Positions 51,608 to 62,163 of a stretch of DNA of 64,000 nucleotides are shown here, piece by piece. Numbering within the stretch: position 1 is the first letter of the stretch; each line of letters starts with the position of its first letter. The DNA comes from Spirochaetia bacterium. Its GTDB lineage: Bacteria; Spirochaetota; Spirochaetia; SZUA-6; Bin103. The stretch lies in the NCBI GenBank assembly GCA_965198005.1, contig CBDAOI010000004.1:800001-864000 (forward strand). Reading direction: 5' to 3'. The notes under the pieces are model-generated. The model had not been told where the DNA came from and searched no databases. It saw only the letters and a program-made list of their open reading frames with translations. Both the position numbers and the translations under genes were made by a program.

Positions 51608-51720
51608 GTCAACGGCGGTGCCGCAGACGTGGTAGGCGAACGGGTGGCCGTGCTCGCGCTCCGCGTCGTAGTGGATGCCCGGGGTGGCGTAGTAGCCGTG
51701 GGCGGACAGCCGCTTGCGCA
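51608..51720 (-). pseudogene. Xanthine dehydrogenase B paralog fragment
   Basis: LSAHGYYATPGIHYDAEREHGHPFAYHV; similar but not identical to 55060-55170. Confidence 0.8.
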
Positions 51721-52027
51721 CCACCGTCAACGTCGACCTGGCCACCGTCGCCGGCCTGCGGCCGGAGTGGACGCGCCTGATGTTCGGGCTGCTGACCGCG
51801 ACCGTGATCGCCGTGGCGATCAAGATCGTCGGCATCCTGCTGATCGTGGCCCTGCTGGTGATCCCGCCCGCCACCGCGCGCCGCTTCGCCGCCAGCCCGG
51901 AGCAGATGGCTGCCCTGGCCGCCGCGGCCGGCGTCCTCGCCATCGCCGGCGGCCTGTTCGCCTCGGCTCGTCGTCGCCGCCCTGCTGCTGTTCGCCGTTA
52001 CCCGCTTCCGCCGCCCGCGCCCGTCCG
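51721..52027 (+). repeat. Direct duplicate of the znuB 3' half (50595-50930)
   Basis: Near-identical DNA with a few SNPs and one ~29-bp deletion. Confidence 0.9.
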
Positions 52028-52229
52028 CCAGCGGACGAGGGTAGTACGGCGTGCCGCGTAAGATTCGAGCGCTGATCGGTGGAAGTCAGGAGCTTCCCAC
52101 CGGGCGGGGCCCGGCGCAGTCATGTAAGAAACTGTTGTTTATTAGGAGTAGAATCGAGGAGTCGCAGGATGCTTATCCCCCGCATGAGAGTGCTTATGAA
52201 ACCGATGGAGTTGCCTTTCTCGACCCCGG

Positions 52230-53411
52230 GTAGCGACGAAGACGCCGGACGCCACGGGCGCATACTCGGGGTTCGCCTGCCGGTGATGGAGGAGGACGCA
52301 GCGCCCTGGCAGGCGCCGCCGTCGCGGAGAAAACCGCACATCGCGATAACCGGTCCGCTGCCGGAGACCGTCGAGGTCGTGCTCGGCGATCAGGTGTACG
52401 TCCCTCGATCCGGGCTCCCGGCCGCCCTGGTCAACCGGCTCGCCCGTCTGGCCGCGTTTCAGAATCCCGAGTTCTACAGCGCCCAGGCGATGCGCCTGCC
52501 TACGTTCGGCATCCCGCGCGTCATCGGCTGTGCCGAACTGCTGTCGCACCACGTCGCCCTGCCCCGTGGGTGTCTCGATGAGGTGGAAGAACTGGTCACC
52601 TCGTTGGGCGTGACCGTCCGCCGTCGCGATGAGCGCAACCCCGGGCGTCCGATCACAACGGCCTTTGCCGGTGAGCTGACCCGTGACCAGCTGCAAGGCG
52701 CGGTACGTCCTGGGCCTGTCGGCCACGGTGACGCGCAAGGACGGGCATCATCCCATCATCTTCATGCAATGCGGCCCCGTCAGGTTCCGTGTCGATGCCC
52801 GCCGCCAGGCCGCCAAGCGACCCTTCAGCCATCGGGTAGTGCAGCGCAATACGCGCTTCGCGCTGCCGGCGGACCTGGACCGGGAACGGCCCCCCATCCA
52901 GAGGATCTACGGGGCGCTGGCCGAGGATGAACAGCGCAACGAGCTGATTGTCGATGACGTGGTGACCGCGCTGGAGGGAGGACGGTCGCCCATCGTTCTG
53001 ACCGAGCGGGTAGCGCACGCCGTGCTCTTGGCCGAGCGGTTGTCACGCTTCGCGCGCAACGTCCTGGTACTGCACGGCGGATTGGGCCAGAAGGCGAGAC
53101 GGGAGTTGGCGCGCCGGCTGGAGACGACCATCGACGATGAGGAGCGGGTGCTGATCGCGACCGGCCGCTACGTCGGCGAAGGATTCGACGACGCCAGGCT
53201 CGACACGCTGTTCCTGACCATGCCGATCTCCTGGCGGGGCACGCTTGCCCAGTACGCCGGCCGACTGCACCGCCTGCATCCCGCCAAGCGCGAGGTGATC
53301 GTATACGACTACGTCGACGGCGACGTAAACGTGCTCGCCCGCATGAACGCCAAGCGCATCACCGGCTTCAAGAGCCTCGGTTATTGCATCGCGGACGGCA
53401 GGGTAAGATGA
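52230..53411 (+). pseudogene. SF2 helicase (TOTE-type primase-helicase C-terminal part), truncated/deleted
   Basis: RLAAFQNPEFY..MRLPT..PRVIGCAE; LSATVTRKDGHHP; GEGFDDARLDTL; QYAGRL; Walker A/B region deleted. Confidence 0.75.
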
Positions 53412-53474
53412 ACGCGTGAACGGACGCAGACTGAGATCGACCAGAGCCGAATCGCGGCCTTGATCGAGGGTCTG

Positions 53475-53945
53475 ATGGAGAGAAGCCTGCACGTGAAAGG
53501 GGCGATCCAGGCGCGCCAAGCTGAGGTTGCCGAGTTCTACAAGCGCTGGGGCGTCTCCGAACTCGCGCCGTTCGGCTCGGTACTGCGCAATGATTTCGGC
53601 CCCGAGAGCGATGTAGATGTACTGGTTACGCTCGACGAGAGAGTCCGCCATACACTGTTCGATCTGCACCAGATGGAGAAAGAGCTCCGATTGATTTTCG
53701 AGCACAATGTCGATCTGGTCAGTCGGCGCGGCATCGAGAGAAGCCGCAATCCAGGGCGCCGAAGAGCGATACTGGAGTCGGCACAGGTCATCTATGAGTC
53801 GCGATTCGGACTATCTTGTGGACATCGTCTCGTCGGCCCGACTCATATTGGCAGCGGAGGAACTCTTTGGCAATCAGCGTGTTCAGATCCACGAGTATCT
53901 TTCAGGACTCTCGTGACCCCGGTCGAGAGCCAGCGAGATCATTAA
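53475..53945 (+). CDS. Minimal nucleotidyltransferase (MntA-like antitoxin), stop lost; HEPN/DUF86 start remnant at 53794-53850
   Basis: FGSVLRNDFGPESDVDVLV; overlapping MSRDSDYLVDIVSSARLI. Confidence 0.8.
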   Translation: MERSLHVKGAIQARQAEVAEFYKRWGVSELAPFGSVLRNDFGPESDVDVLVTLDERVRHTLFDLHQMEKELRLIFEHNVDLVSRRGIERSRNPGRRRAILESAQVIYESRFGLSCGHRLVGPTHIGSGGTLWQSACSDPRVSFRTLVTPVESQRDH

Positions 53946-54549
53946 TGGCATGGCATAAACCCCGGTAGTGGCACTCCCGGGGCTGGAACTTTTCCAAGAG
54001 AGGTCTCAGCCGAATAGTCTTCTGCTCCGGACATTTCTCGTCGAGCACGGCGGTGCGGAGCACGTAGAACCGCCACCTGTCCACATTGAGCGGTTCGGCA
54101 CCCTCCAGGACGCAGAACACGTAGAGATCGGCCCAGCGGCGCTTGGGACCGACGACCTCTTTACCGGTGTCAGGGTCAAACTTCTTCCGCCGGTTAATTC
54201 TGAATTCAATCACACTCTCAGAATCTTGCTTCCACGATTGTATATACGCCGCGCTTTTCACCTCTATCGTGACACAGGACCGGGTTTGCAGATCGTAGCT
54301 GTCCCATTCAAGACGCGGCGTGTCGAGCAGGCCGAGCGCAGCCGCGACCAGGAATTCCGCCAATGTCCCACGGGCGGTGTTGTCCATGAGGCTTGATCCT
54401 GACCAACGCCAGTAATCAAGCAGACGCAGGGACGGGCCGTCGCCGCAAAACGGCTCGTCTTCCTTCCTCAACTCCAAAGGGAGGCGCTTCAGGTTCGACA
54501 AGGCGCTCGAGTCGTCCTTCGCTGTGACCGTATAAGTACTGCTGCTCAC
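53902..54549 (-). CDS. Putative PD-(D/E)XK restriction-endonuclease-like protein
   Basis: RGTLAEFLVA, YDL..IEVKS, ADLYVFC; lower GC; overlaps xdhB stop. Confidence 0.65.
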   Translation of the reverse strand: MSSSTYTVTAKDDSSALSNLKRLPLELRKEDEPFCGDGPSLRLLDYWRWSGSSLMDNTARGTLAEFLVAAALGLLDTPRLEWDSYDLQTRSCVTIEVKSAAYIQSWKQDSESVIEFRINRRKKFDPDTGKEVVGPKRRWADLYVFCVLEGAEPLNVDRWRFYVLRTAVLDEKCPEQKTIRLRPLLEKFQPRECHYRGLCHAINDLAGSRPGSRES

Positions 54550-56891
54550 TCCGGTGCTGGTCCTTTCTTTGCTACTTCCAAATACCTGACTTGATCAGTC
54601 GATTGAATGGGGCTTCCGGCTCGTATCTGGTGCAGGTCGAGGAGGAGGCGTTCCGGGGTCATGGGGGCGTCGAGGGTCAGGTCGGCGGCGGGGCGGAAGG
54701 CTTTCATGGCGTTGCGGAGGGCGAAGAAGAGGCCGATGCCGTACATCAGCGGGGGTTCGCCGACCGCCTTGGCGCCGAGCGGGCCGTAGGGGTTTTTCTC
54801 AGGCTCCAGGAACTTTACCGCCATGTCGTCGGGCATGAAGTAGACGTCGGGGGCCTTGTAGGTGGACAGGGCGTGGGAGAGGCAGCGGCCTTCGGAGTCC
54901 CACTGCAGGTCTTCCATGGTCATCCAGCCCATGCCCTGGGCCAGCCCGCCCTCCACTTGGCCGCGGTCCACGGTGGGATTGATGGTGCGGCCGAGGTCGT
55001 GGACGATTTTGACCTGGTCGACGGCGTAGGTGCCGCGCAGGCAGTCGACGGTCACCTCGAACACCGCGGTGCCGTAGACATGATAGGCGAACGGGTGGCC
55101 GTGCTCGCGCTGCTCGTCGTAGTGGATGCCGGGGGTGGCGTAGTAGCCGTGCGCCGAGAGCCGCCTGCGCGCCCGGTAGGTGAGGCCCACCAGGTCGGTC
55201 CAGGTCATGCCGGCGGACTTGCCGGCGGCGTGGACCTGTTCGTCGGCGATGGTTACCGTGGCCGGGTCCGCCGTGCCCAGCTCGCCGGCCGCCACCTCGC
55301 GCATGCCGTCGAGGATGGTCTCGACGGCGAGGATGGCGGCGTTGCCGTTGAGGTCGGTGGTGGCGCTGGCGGCGCTGGGGGACATGTTGGCGACGCGCGT
55401 GGTGTTGGTGCTCTCGACGCGCACGCGGCGCCGTGAGATGCCGAAAGTGCGCGCCACCACCGCGGCGATGTTGCTGCTGATGCCTTGGCCCATCTCGATG
55501 CCGCCGGTGGTGACGCTCACGCTGCCGTCGGCGTAGACGTGGATCAGGGCGTTGCCCTGATTGAGGTGGCTCTTGGTGAACGAGATGCCGAAGCAGACCG
55601 GCATCAGCGCGCAGCCCTTCTTGACCGCGAAGTTGCGCCGATTGTGCTCGGCGACCCGCTGGCGGATTCCATCGACCCCGAACGCCGCCGCCAGCTCGTC
55701 CCAGGTCCGCTCGGCGCGGCAACGCTCCACCACCTGCCCGTAGTGGAACCGGTCGCCGTCGCGCAGCAGGTTGGCGCGCTGGATCGCGGCCGCCTCGATC
55801 CCCATCGCGTCGGCGGCCTTGTTGATGGCGGCCTCGATCACGTACATCCCCTGCGGGCCGCCGAAGCCGCGGAAGGCGGTGTGCGGCTGCAGGTTGGTGC
55901 GGCACGGCGCCGCGGTCAGCTTCACATTGGGTATGTAGTACGCGTTCGTACCGTGAAAAAGAGTGCGCGCCAGCACCGGTGGAGAGAGGTCGGCGAAGGC
56001 GCCGGAGTTCTGGTAGAAGGTGGCCTCGTAGGCGAGGATTTTGCCACGCGCGGTCAGCCCGATCCTGAAGTCGGCGGAGTAGGGGTGGCGCTTGCCGGTC
56101 ATCCGGATGTCGTCCAGCCGATTCAGCACCAACTCCACCGGCGCCTCCAGGTGGGCGGCGGCCAGCGCTGCCATCGCCGCCCAGTGGGTGGCCTGGTCCT
56201 CCTTGCCGCCGAAGCCGCCGCCGAGCCGCTTCACGTCCACCTCGATCTTGTGCATCGGCCGGCCGAGCACCGCCGCCGTCACCTGCTGCACCGCGGCCGG
56301 CCCCTGGGTGGAGGAGAACACCTGGATCGCACCGTCCTCCCTGGGCACCGCGCGGGCGCGTTGCGTCTCCAGGTAGAGGTGCTCCTGGCCGCCGATCTCG
56401 CAGCGCCCGTCCACCACCACGTCGCACTCGCCCCAGGCGCCGGCAACGTCGCCCAGCGCCATGGTGCGCGGCGGATGGATCAGGTCGCCGTTGGCGAACG
56501 CCGCGCGCGGGTCGACCACCACCGGCAGCTCGTCGATCTCGACCTCGATCAGGTGGCGCGCCTGCCGCGCCTGCTGCGCGCTGCGGGCCACCACCAGGGC
56601 GATCGGGTGGCCGATGAAGCACACCTCGCGTTCCACCAGCAACTGCTCGTCCTCGAAGATCGGGCCGAAACGGTTGACGCCGGGGATGTCGGCGGAAGTG
56701 AGCACGGCCACCACGCCGGGAGCGGCGCGCGCCGCGTCGAAGGCCAGCCGGGTGATGATGCCGTGCGCCTTGGGCGAGCCGAACACCGCGGCGTGCAGCA
56801 TGTCGGGCGGCGGCGGCACGTCGTCGACGTACTGCGACTCGCCGCGCACGTGGAGGTGGGAGTCGACGTGCTTCGCGTCGATCGGCTTCAT
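54546..56891 (-). CDS. xdhB: Xanthine dehydrogenase molybdopterin-binding subunit
   Basis: GGQEHLYLE, RLGGGFGGKE, AFRGFGGPQG, KAVGEPP. Confidence 0.94.
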   Translation of the reverse strand: MKPIDAKHVDSHLHVRGESQYVDDVPPPPDMLHAAVFGSPKAHGIITRLAFDAARAAPGVVAVLTSADIPGVNRFGPIFEDEQLLVEREVCFIGHPIALVVARSAQQARQARHLIEVEIDELPVVVDPRAAFANGDLIHPPRTMALGDVAGAWGECDVVVDGRCEIGGQEHLYLETQRARAVPREDGAIQVFSSTQGPAAVQQVTAAVLGRPMHKIEVDVKRLGGGFGGKEDQATHWAAMAALAAAHLEAPVELVLNRLDDIRMTGKRHPYSADFRIGLTARGKILAYEATFYQNSGAFADLSPPVLARTLFHGTNAYYIPNVKLTAAPCRTNLQPHTAFRGFGGPQGMYVIEAAINKAADAMGIEAAAIQRANLLRDGDRFHYGQVVERCRAERTWDELAAAFGVDGIRQRVAEHNRRNFAVKKGCALMPVCFGISFTKSHLNQGNALIHVYADGSVSVTTGGIEMGQGISSNIAAVVARTFGISRRRVRVESTNTTRVANMSPSAASATTDLNGNAAILAVETILDGMREVAAGELGTADPATVTIADEQVHAAGKSAGMTWTDLVGLTYRARRRLSAHGYYATPGIHYDEQREHGHPFAYHVYGTAVFEVTVDCLRGTYAVDQVKIVHDLGRTINPTVDRGQVEGGLAQGMGWMTMEDLQWDSEGRCLSHALSTYKAPDVYFMPDDMAVKFLEPEKNPYGPLGAKAVGEPPLMYGIGLFFALRNAMKAFRPAADLTLDAPMTPERLLLDLHQIRAGSPIQSTDQVRYLEVAKKGPAPE

Positions 56892-58375
56892 GTGCGCTCC
56901 CGCGCATAGAACGCTTCGGCGGTGAAGCGGTCGGGGAACAGGGTGACGAAGTGGGCGATCAGCAACTGCCGCGCGAGCAGGCGCTTGTATTCGGCCGATC
57001 CGCGCACGTCCGAGATCGGCGCAATTTCCTCTTGCGAGATCCGCACCGCCTCCCACGCCGTCTCCAGGTCGAGGGCGCGGCCGGGCAACGCGCGCGAGGT
57101 CTGGTGCAGGTAGAGCGGGATCGGCGCCACGCCGCCGAGGCTGAAGTGCGCTTCGCCGATCGTGTCTCCCGTACAGCGGATCGAGCAGGCGCTGTTGACC
57201 GTGGCGATGTCGAGGCAGGTGCGCTTGGAGACCTTCTCGAAGTTGACGCAGGCGGCGGTCGGGTCGGCGAATACCACCTCGGTGAGCAGTTCGCTGGCGT
57301 GCAGGTCCATCTGCTTGTAGCCGCGGTAGAACTCCTTGAGCGGGACGGACCGCTGCCTGTCGCCTGCCGCCAGCACGATCCTCGTATCCAGCGCCAGCAG
57401 CAGGATGGTGAAGTCGCCGATCGGGGAGGCGTTGACGATGTTGCCGGCCAGGGTGGCGCGGTTGCGGATCTGCCAGGAGGCGATCAGGTGATTGAACGAG
57501 GCGATGGCGGGAAGCGCGGCGACCACCGCCGGGTGAGTGCCGAACTCCTCGAAGGTGGTGAGGGCGCCGAGCCGGAACTTCCCGCCGGCGCGGCGGATTC
57601 CCTTCAGCCCCGGGTGCTGTCCCAATACGTCCACGCGGCGCTCGGGGATGGTCTCGCCCTGCTGCACGTAAAGGTCGGTGCCCCCGGCGATGCGGAGTTC
57701 CCGCGCCGGCGAGTGCGCAGATGCTGCGGCTCCCGCCGCCGGCTGCGGCGCGGGCACCGTCGGGCCGGAAGTCGACGCGTGCAGGGCGCGCAACCGGTCG
57801 GGGATGGAGGTAAAGTACTCCGGCAGCGCCCCGGCCGCGGTCAGCGCCGGCACGCGGTTGCCGCTCCCGTTCGCCTGCAGCCGGCTGCCGAGGTCGCGCT
57901 CCAGGGTGGCGGCGCAGTCCTTGAGCGAACGGTACCCGGTGCAGCGGCACAGGTGGCCGCTCAGGGCGTACTTGACGTCGTCGAGGGAAAGCCCCTTGGC
58001 GTGGTCGAGCAGCAGTCCGTGCAGCGACACGACGATGCCGGGAGTGCAGAACCCGCACTGGGTGCCGCCGAACTCGACGATCGCCTCCTGCACCGGGTTG
58101 AGGCCGGTCAGGTTGCACCCTTCGATGGTCACCACGTGCCGGCCGCGCACCTCGGCCAGCGGCACCAGGCAGGAGGTCACCGGCTGGTAGCGGACGGCGT
58201 CCCCCTCCAGTTCTCCGATCAGGATCGCGCAGGCGCCGCAGTCGCCCTCCTTGCAGCCCTCCTTGGTACCGGTCAGCCGCTCCCGGATGCGCACAAAGTC
58301 CAGCACCAGCAGGCCCGCGGGGGCGGCAGTCTCCATCTCCCGGTCGTTGAGGATGAAGCGGGTGGTCGGCGGCAT
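56888..58375 (-). CDS. xdhA: Xanthine dehydrogenase Fe-S/FAD subunit
   Basis: GTKEGCKEGDCGAC, QCGFCTPG, LCRCTGY, AGGTD, QIRNRATLAGN. Confidence 0.94.
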   Translation of the reverse strand: MPPTTRFILNDREMETAAPAGLLVLDFVRIRERLTGTKEGCKEGDCGACAILIGELEGDAVRYQPVTSCLVPLAEVRGRHVVTIEGCNLTGLNPVQEAIVEFGGTQCGFCTPGIVVSLHGLLLDHAKGLSLDDVKYALSGHLCRCTGYRSLKDCAATLERDLGSRLQANGSGNRVPALTAAGALPEYFTSIPDRLRALHASTSGPTVPAPQPAAGAAASAHSPARELRIAGGTDLYVQQGETIPERRVDVLGQHPGLKGIRRAGGKFRLGALTTFEEFGTHPAVVAALPAIASFNHLIASWQIRNRATLAGNIVNASPIGDFTILLLALDTRIVLAAGDRQRSVPLKEFYRGYKQMDLHASELLTEVVFADPTAACVNFEKVSKRTCLDIATVNSACSIRCTGDTIGEAHFSLGGVAPIPLYLHQTSRALPGRALDLETAWEAVRISQEEIAPISDVRGSAEYKRLLARQLLIAHFVTLFPDRFTAEAFYARERT

Positions 58376-58379
58376 CGGG

Positions 58380-59345
58380 CTACCCGCGGTTGCGCTCGCG
58401 CAGGATCTGCGCGGCGACGCTGACGGCGATCTCCGCGGGCGTGTCGCTGCCGACGTCCAGTCCCACCGGCGCGTGGACCTGGTCCAGCGTCTGCTGCGGC
58501 ACTCCCCGCTCCCGCAACTGGGAGAAGATCCGGCTGATCTTGCGCTTCCCGCCCATCAAGCCGACGAACGGGAACGGCAGCTCCGCCGTCCCCAGCAGCG
58601 CGCGCACGTCGGTCCGGTAATCCGCGGTCATCACCACCACCGCGGTCAGCTCGGGATAGGCGATCAGCGGCCCCGCCGCGGCGTAGTCCGCCACGTGGGA
58701 GACGGTTCCGACCGTCGCGGCGCGGTCGTGGGTCACGACCTCGGTTCGGGTATCGAAGATCTGCGCCCGGTAGCCCAGCCGCGCCATCACCTCGGCCAGC
58801 GCCACCGCGCAGTGGCCGCCGCCGAACACCGCCAGCCGGCGCCGGTTGAGCAGATCCTCCTCGTAGCGCCAGGTTCCCCCTTCCTCGGTCAGCGCGAACG
58901 GCGCCCGCCCGAAGTCCGCCTCCCGCCGCGTGAGCCGCAGGCCGCCGCCGTCGATCCCGATCCAGCCCGGCCGATCCTCACGCACGGCGGCCGCGACGGC
59001 ATCCACCGTGGCACGGTCACGGTCGCCCGCGAGTACGCAGAACACGTTGGTCTGACTGCCCTCGCACACCATGCCCGACCGCTCGCCGTCCGCGGTATCG
59101 CTGTGCACCAGGGTGCGCTTCTCCGGCTGCGCCCCACCTTCGCGCAGCAATTCCCGCGCCTGCTCGACCAGCCGGTGCTCCATCATGCCGCCGCCGACGG
59201 TCCCGAACAGGCCGCCGCCCTCCGCCACCAGCAGCTTCGCCCCGGCAGTCCCCGGCGAGCCGCGCGTATGCTCGGCCACGCAAGCCACGAACACCCGCTC
59301 GCCCCGCTCCAGATGTCCCCCCACCTGCTCCCAGAACGCGCTCAT
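58380..59345 (-). CDS. xdhC: XdhC/CoxI accessory protein
   Basis: GSPG..GAKLLV, GTVGGG, FGGGH, APVGLDVGSDTPAEIAVS. Confidence 0.9.
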   Translation of the reverse strand: MSAFWEQVGGHLERGERVFVACVAEHTRGSPGTAGAKLLVAEGGGLFGTVGGGMMEHRLVEQARELLREGGAQPEKRTLVHSDTADGERSGMVCEGSQTNVFCVLAGDRDRATVDAVAAAVREDRPGWIGIDGGGLRLTRREADFGRAPFALTEEGGTWRYEEDLLNRRRLAVFGGGHCAVALAEVMARLGYRAQIFDTRTEVVTHDRAATVGTVSHVADYAAAGPLIAYPELTAVVVMTADYRTDVRALLGTAELPFPFVGLMGGKRKISRIFSQLRERGVPQQTLDQVHAPVGLDVGSDTPAEIAVSVAAQILRERNRG

Positions 59346-59577
59346 CTCTCCTCATCCCATGATAGCCGATCCACCCCGCCGGAGACACCTCTCAACAAAG
59401 CGAACTACCCGGTTCAGGACGACGAGGGGCGCGGCTACTCCATCGTCAGAGTCGATACCGACCCCGTTTTCACCGTAAACATAGGGCCTGGGGGCTCGGG
59501 AAAACCTGAGGGCGACCGAGTGGCGACTCACGCCGGAGGTACTTGACTCTCACGGGCAGAACAAGCAACATACTCGC

Positions 59578-60501
59578 ATGGCACACCGAGTCAACCGAGC
59601 GATCGAGCTTCTGTCGAATCGCCAACCGATCTACTACGTAGGTGGACATACCGATCCTCCACATCCTACGTTAGGAAGGCTGACGGCAAATCACTCTCCG
59701 GTCCTCACGTATGAGCAGGGCAAGATTGATGCCGGTACCTGGGCGGACCACATAGACGTGGGGATGGAGCATGGTGCCTTCGATCTTGCCGGTCTCAACG
59801 ACTACCTGCGTGGGATGGTCGATGCCGGGCCGACACGAAGCGGCCACCGGACGCCGACCGTCATCGTCGAGGCACCAGTCGGGGGCTATTCACGGGAAAT
59901 GGTGCGATTCAATTCGTGGCTATTTCAGCAGATTCTTGCGCGCGGCGTTCACGGCATCATGTTGCCCATGACAACCGTGCCCGAGGGTGTCGAGGCTTAT
60001 GTAGAGTGCTGCCGCTACCCGATCAACCGACTTGGAGTGGGCAAGGGACTTGGTGTCGGAACCAGAGGCGTTGGATCCGAGCCCAGCGCCGCCCATATCT
60101 GGGGTGTCGATCGCGACACGTACGTGGCAAAGGCAGATCCGTGGCCCCTGAACCCGGAGGGAGAGCTCATGCTGGGTATCAAGATCGAATCGAAAGCGGC
60201 GGTCCCGCACATCGAAGAGATTCTGGCTGTTCCGGGCATCGCATTTGCCGAGTTGGGACCTAGCGACATGAGTCTTTCGCTGGGTTACCAAAGCCTACCG
60301 AGTCCGTGGCCCGAGGAAATGGTCGAAATCGAAGATCGAGTGAAGGCGGCTTGTATCGCCAACGGCGTGGCCTATCACTGGACACAGATGGTGGACGACG
60401 TTCCCACCATGATCGACGGCGGAGGACAGGTCTTCGACGCACCGAACGAGGAGTTCGCCAAGGCAGGACGCGACCACACTCGGCGTCAATTGCCGGTTTG
60501 A
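59578..60501 (+). CDS. HpcH/HpaI aldolase/citrate lyase family protein
   Basis: MEHGAFD, GIKIES, EEILAVPGIAFAELGPSDMSLS. Confidence 0.82.
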   Translation: MAHRVNRAIELLSNRQPIYYVGGHTDPPHPTLGRLTANHSPVLTYEQGKIDAGTWADHIDVGMEHGAFDLAGLNDYLRGMVDAGPTRSGHRTPTVIVEAPVGGYSREMVRFNSWLFQQILARGVHGIMLPMTTVPEGVEAYVECCRYPINRLGVGKGLGVGTRGVGSEPSAAHIWGVDRDTYVAKADPWPLNPEGELMLGIKIESKAAVPHIEEILAVPGIAFAELGPSDMSLSLGYQSLPSPWPEEMVEIEDRVKAACIANGVAYHWTQMVDDVPTMIDGGGQVFDAPNEEFAKAGRDHTRRQLPV

Positions 60502-60523
60502 GGGCTTCAGCGGGCCCGCCAGC

Positions 60524-61460
60524 TCACTCGTAGCGCAGGCACTGCACCACGTCGAGACGCAGGGCGCGGCGCGCCGGCAGCAGCGCGATCGCCATGCTCG
60601 CGAGCACCCCGAACACCACCACGATCGCCATCGTAGCGGGGTTCCAGGCGCCGCGAAACACCCCGGTGATGCGATAGCCGAGGTTGACGTTGCCGTACAA
60701 CCCGCTCACGTCGATGCCCCAGTTGACCAGCCAGAACGTAGCGACCGTGCCCAGCAGCAGGCCGGCCAGCGCCCCGAGCAAGCCGATGCTGCCTGCTTCG
60801 AACACCATCGTCGCTCTGATCGACGCATCGTCCATCCCGAGGGCGCGCATCATCCCGTTCCGCATTCAAACGCCCGATCTCGCGCTCGAGGAAGGTGCTG
60901 GTGGGTACCGCAACCGGACGCCCGAGCCGCGACGGCAGCGCTCCGAGCGCGACCTCGGTGACGCCTTCCATCTCCAGGTCGTACTGCGCGACGTCGAGCG
61001 GCAGGAACCCGACGCCTCGGTTGACGGTCGGATTGGGGCTGAGCAGGATGCCGACCAGTTGCAGCTCCAATACCTGCACGGCACCGTGGCGTGTGCGCGT
61101 GCGCACGTCGACGAAATCGCCCGGCGCAATCCCCAGGTCATCGGCCATCCAGGCGCCAAGAATGAGTCCGGGAAACCCTGCTTCCAGGTAGTCGCCGCCC
61201 GGGAGCAAACTCTCCTGCAGCCGGAACACTTCGCCATCGGTTTCCGGGTCAACGCCAATGAGCCGAATCGGCAGCGAGCCTTCGCCGAAGAACAACTCCC
61301 CGACAAAACTGATGCGCGGCGTATGGGCGATCCCCCGCTCCGATAGCGTAGCCATCAGCGGGCGGTAGTCGACCAACTCGTACTTCAGCGCGACCTGATC
61401 CAGTTCATCGTACTGTGCGCGCGTGACGACCTTGCCGGATCCCGTCTCGTACCACACCAG
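60524..61460 (-). pseudogene. FtsX/LolE-family ABC permease remnant
   Basis: LIGVDPETD, RALGM..I..FEAG, PARRALRLDVVQCLRYE; deleted and frameshifted. Confidence 0.75.
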
Positions 61461-61852
61461 ATTGCGCTGCGATTCCTGGTCGATACGATCCAGGCGGGCC
61501 GGAGCCGCAGAACAGGCCCTTACCGTACATCGCCAATCCGGCCGCGCTGTGCTACATTATCTGTATGCGCGACTGCTACCGATCATCGTTGTGGCTTCCG
61601 ACACCAGGGGGTCTCCGGTTCCCTCGCTCACTCATGTCTCTGCGAGTCCAACGGTCGGTCCCACAGGTGAGTTGAGTTATCTGAGTTATCGATGATTGTA
61701 ACGTGCGACCACATCGAGCCCCTTGAGTACGTGATCAGCCGCCAGCAATCAAAGCTGCATGTGCGTTGCGCATCTGCACTGCATCAATTGGGACCGAATC
61801 TCCTCCGCTCCCGGCAGCCGTGGGGACCGACCCAACAGCATCTTCGTTAATT

Positions 61853-62163
61853 ATGATTGAGAAACTTGTAGTCGAGAGATTCAAGTCGATCCGGAGCGCC
61901 AATCTCGACTTAGGCAGGATCAATATTTTCATTGGCGGTAATGGAGCTGGAAAGTCCAACGTGCTTGAAGCAGTCGGTGTTTTATCGGCGGCCGTCGATC
62001 GAGGCTTGGGAGACAGCGACCTGAGCAAGAAGGGTGTGCGGCTTACCCCCCCCGAACTGATGAAGTCTGCATTCAAGAACTACGAACTCCCAAGAACTTT
62101 ACAACTCACCGCAGAAATGGAGGGTGACATAACCTACCGTATCAACCTCACAGGGAAAGAAGA
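61853..62163 (+). pseudogene. ABC-type AAA ATPase (AAA_21/OLD-like) 5' fragment
   Basis: RFKSI..INIFIGGNGAGKSNVLEA; low GC; truncated against the amidohydrolase end. Confidence 0.75.

Noticed and set aside
54546-58118. 1190-aa fused xanthine dehydrogenase ORF
   Set aside because: First ~409 codons are an off-frame overlay of xdhA; real xdhB starts at ATG 56891
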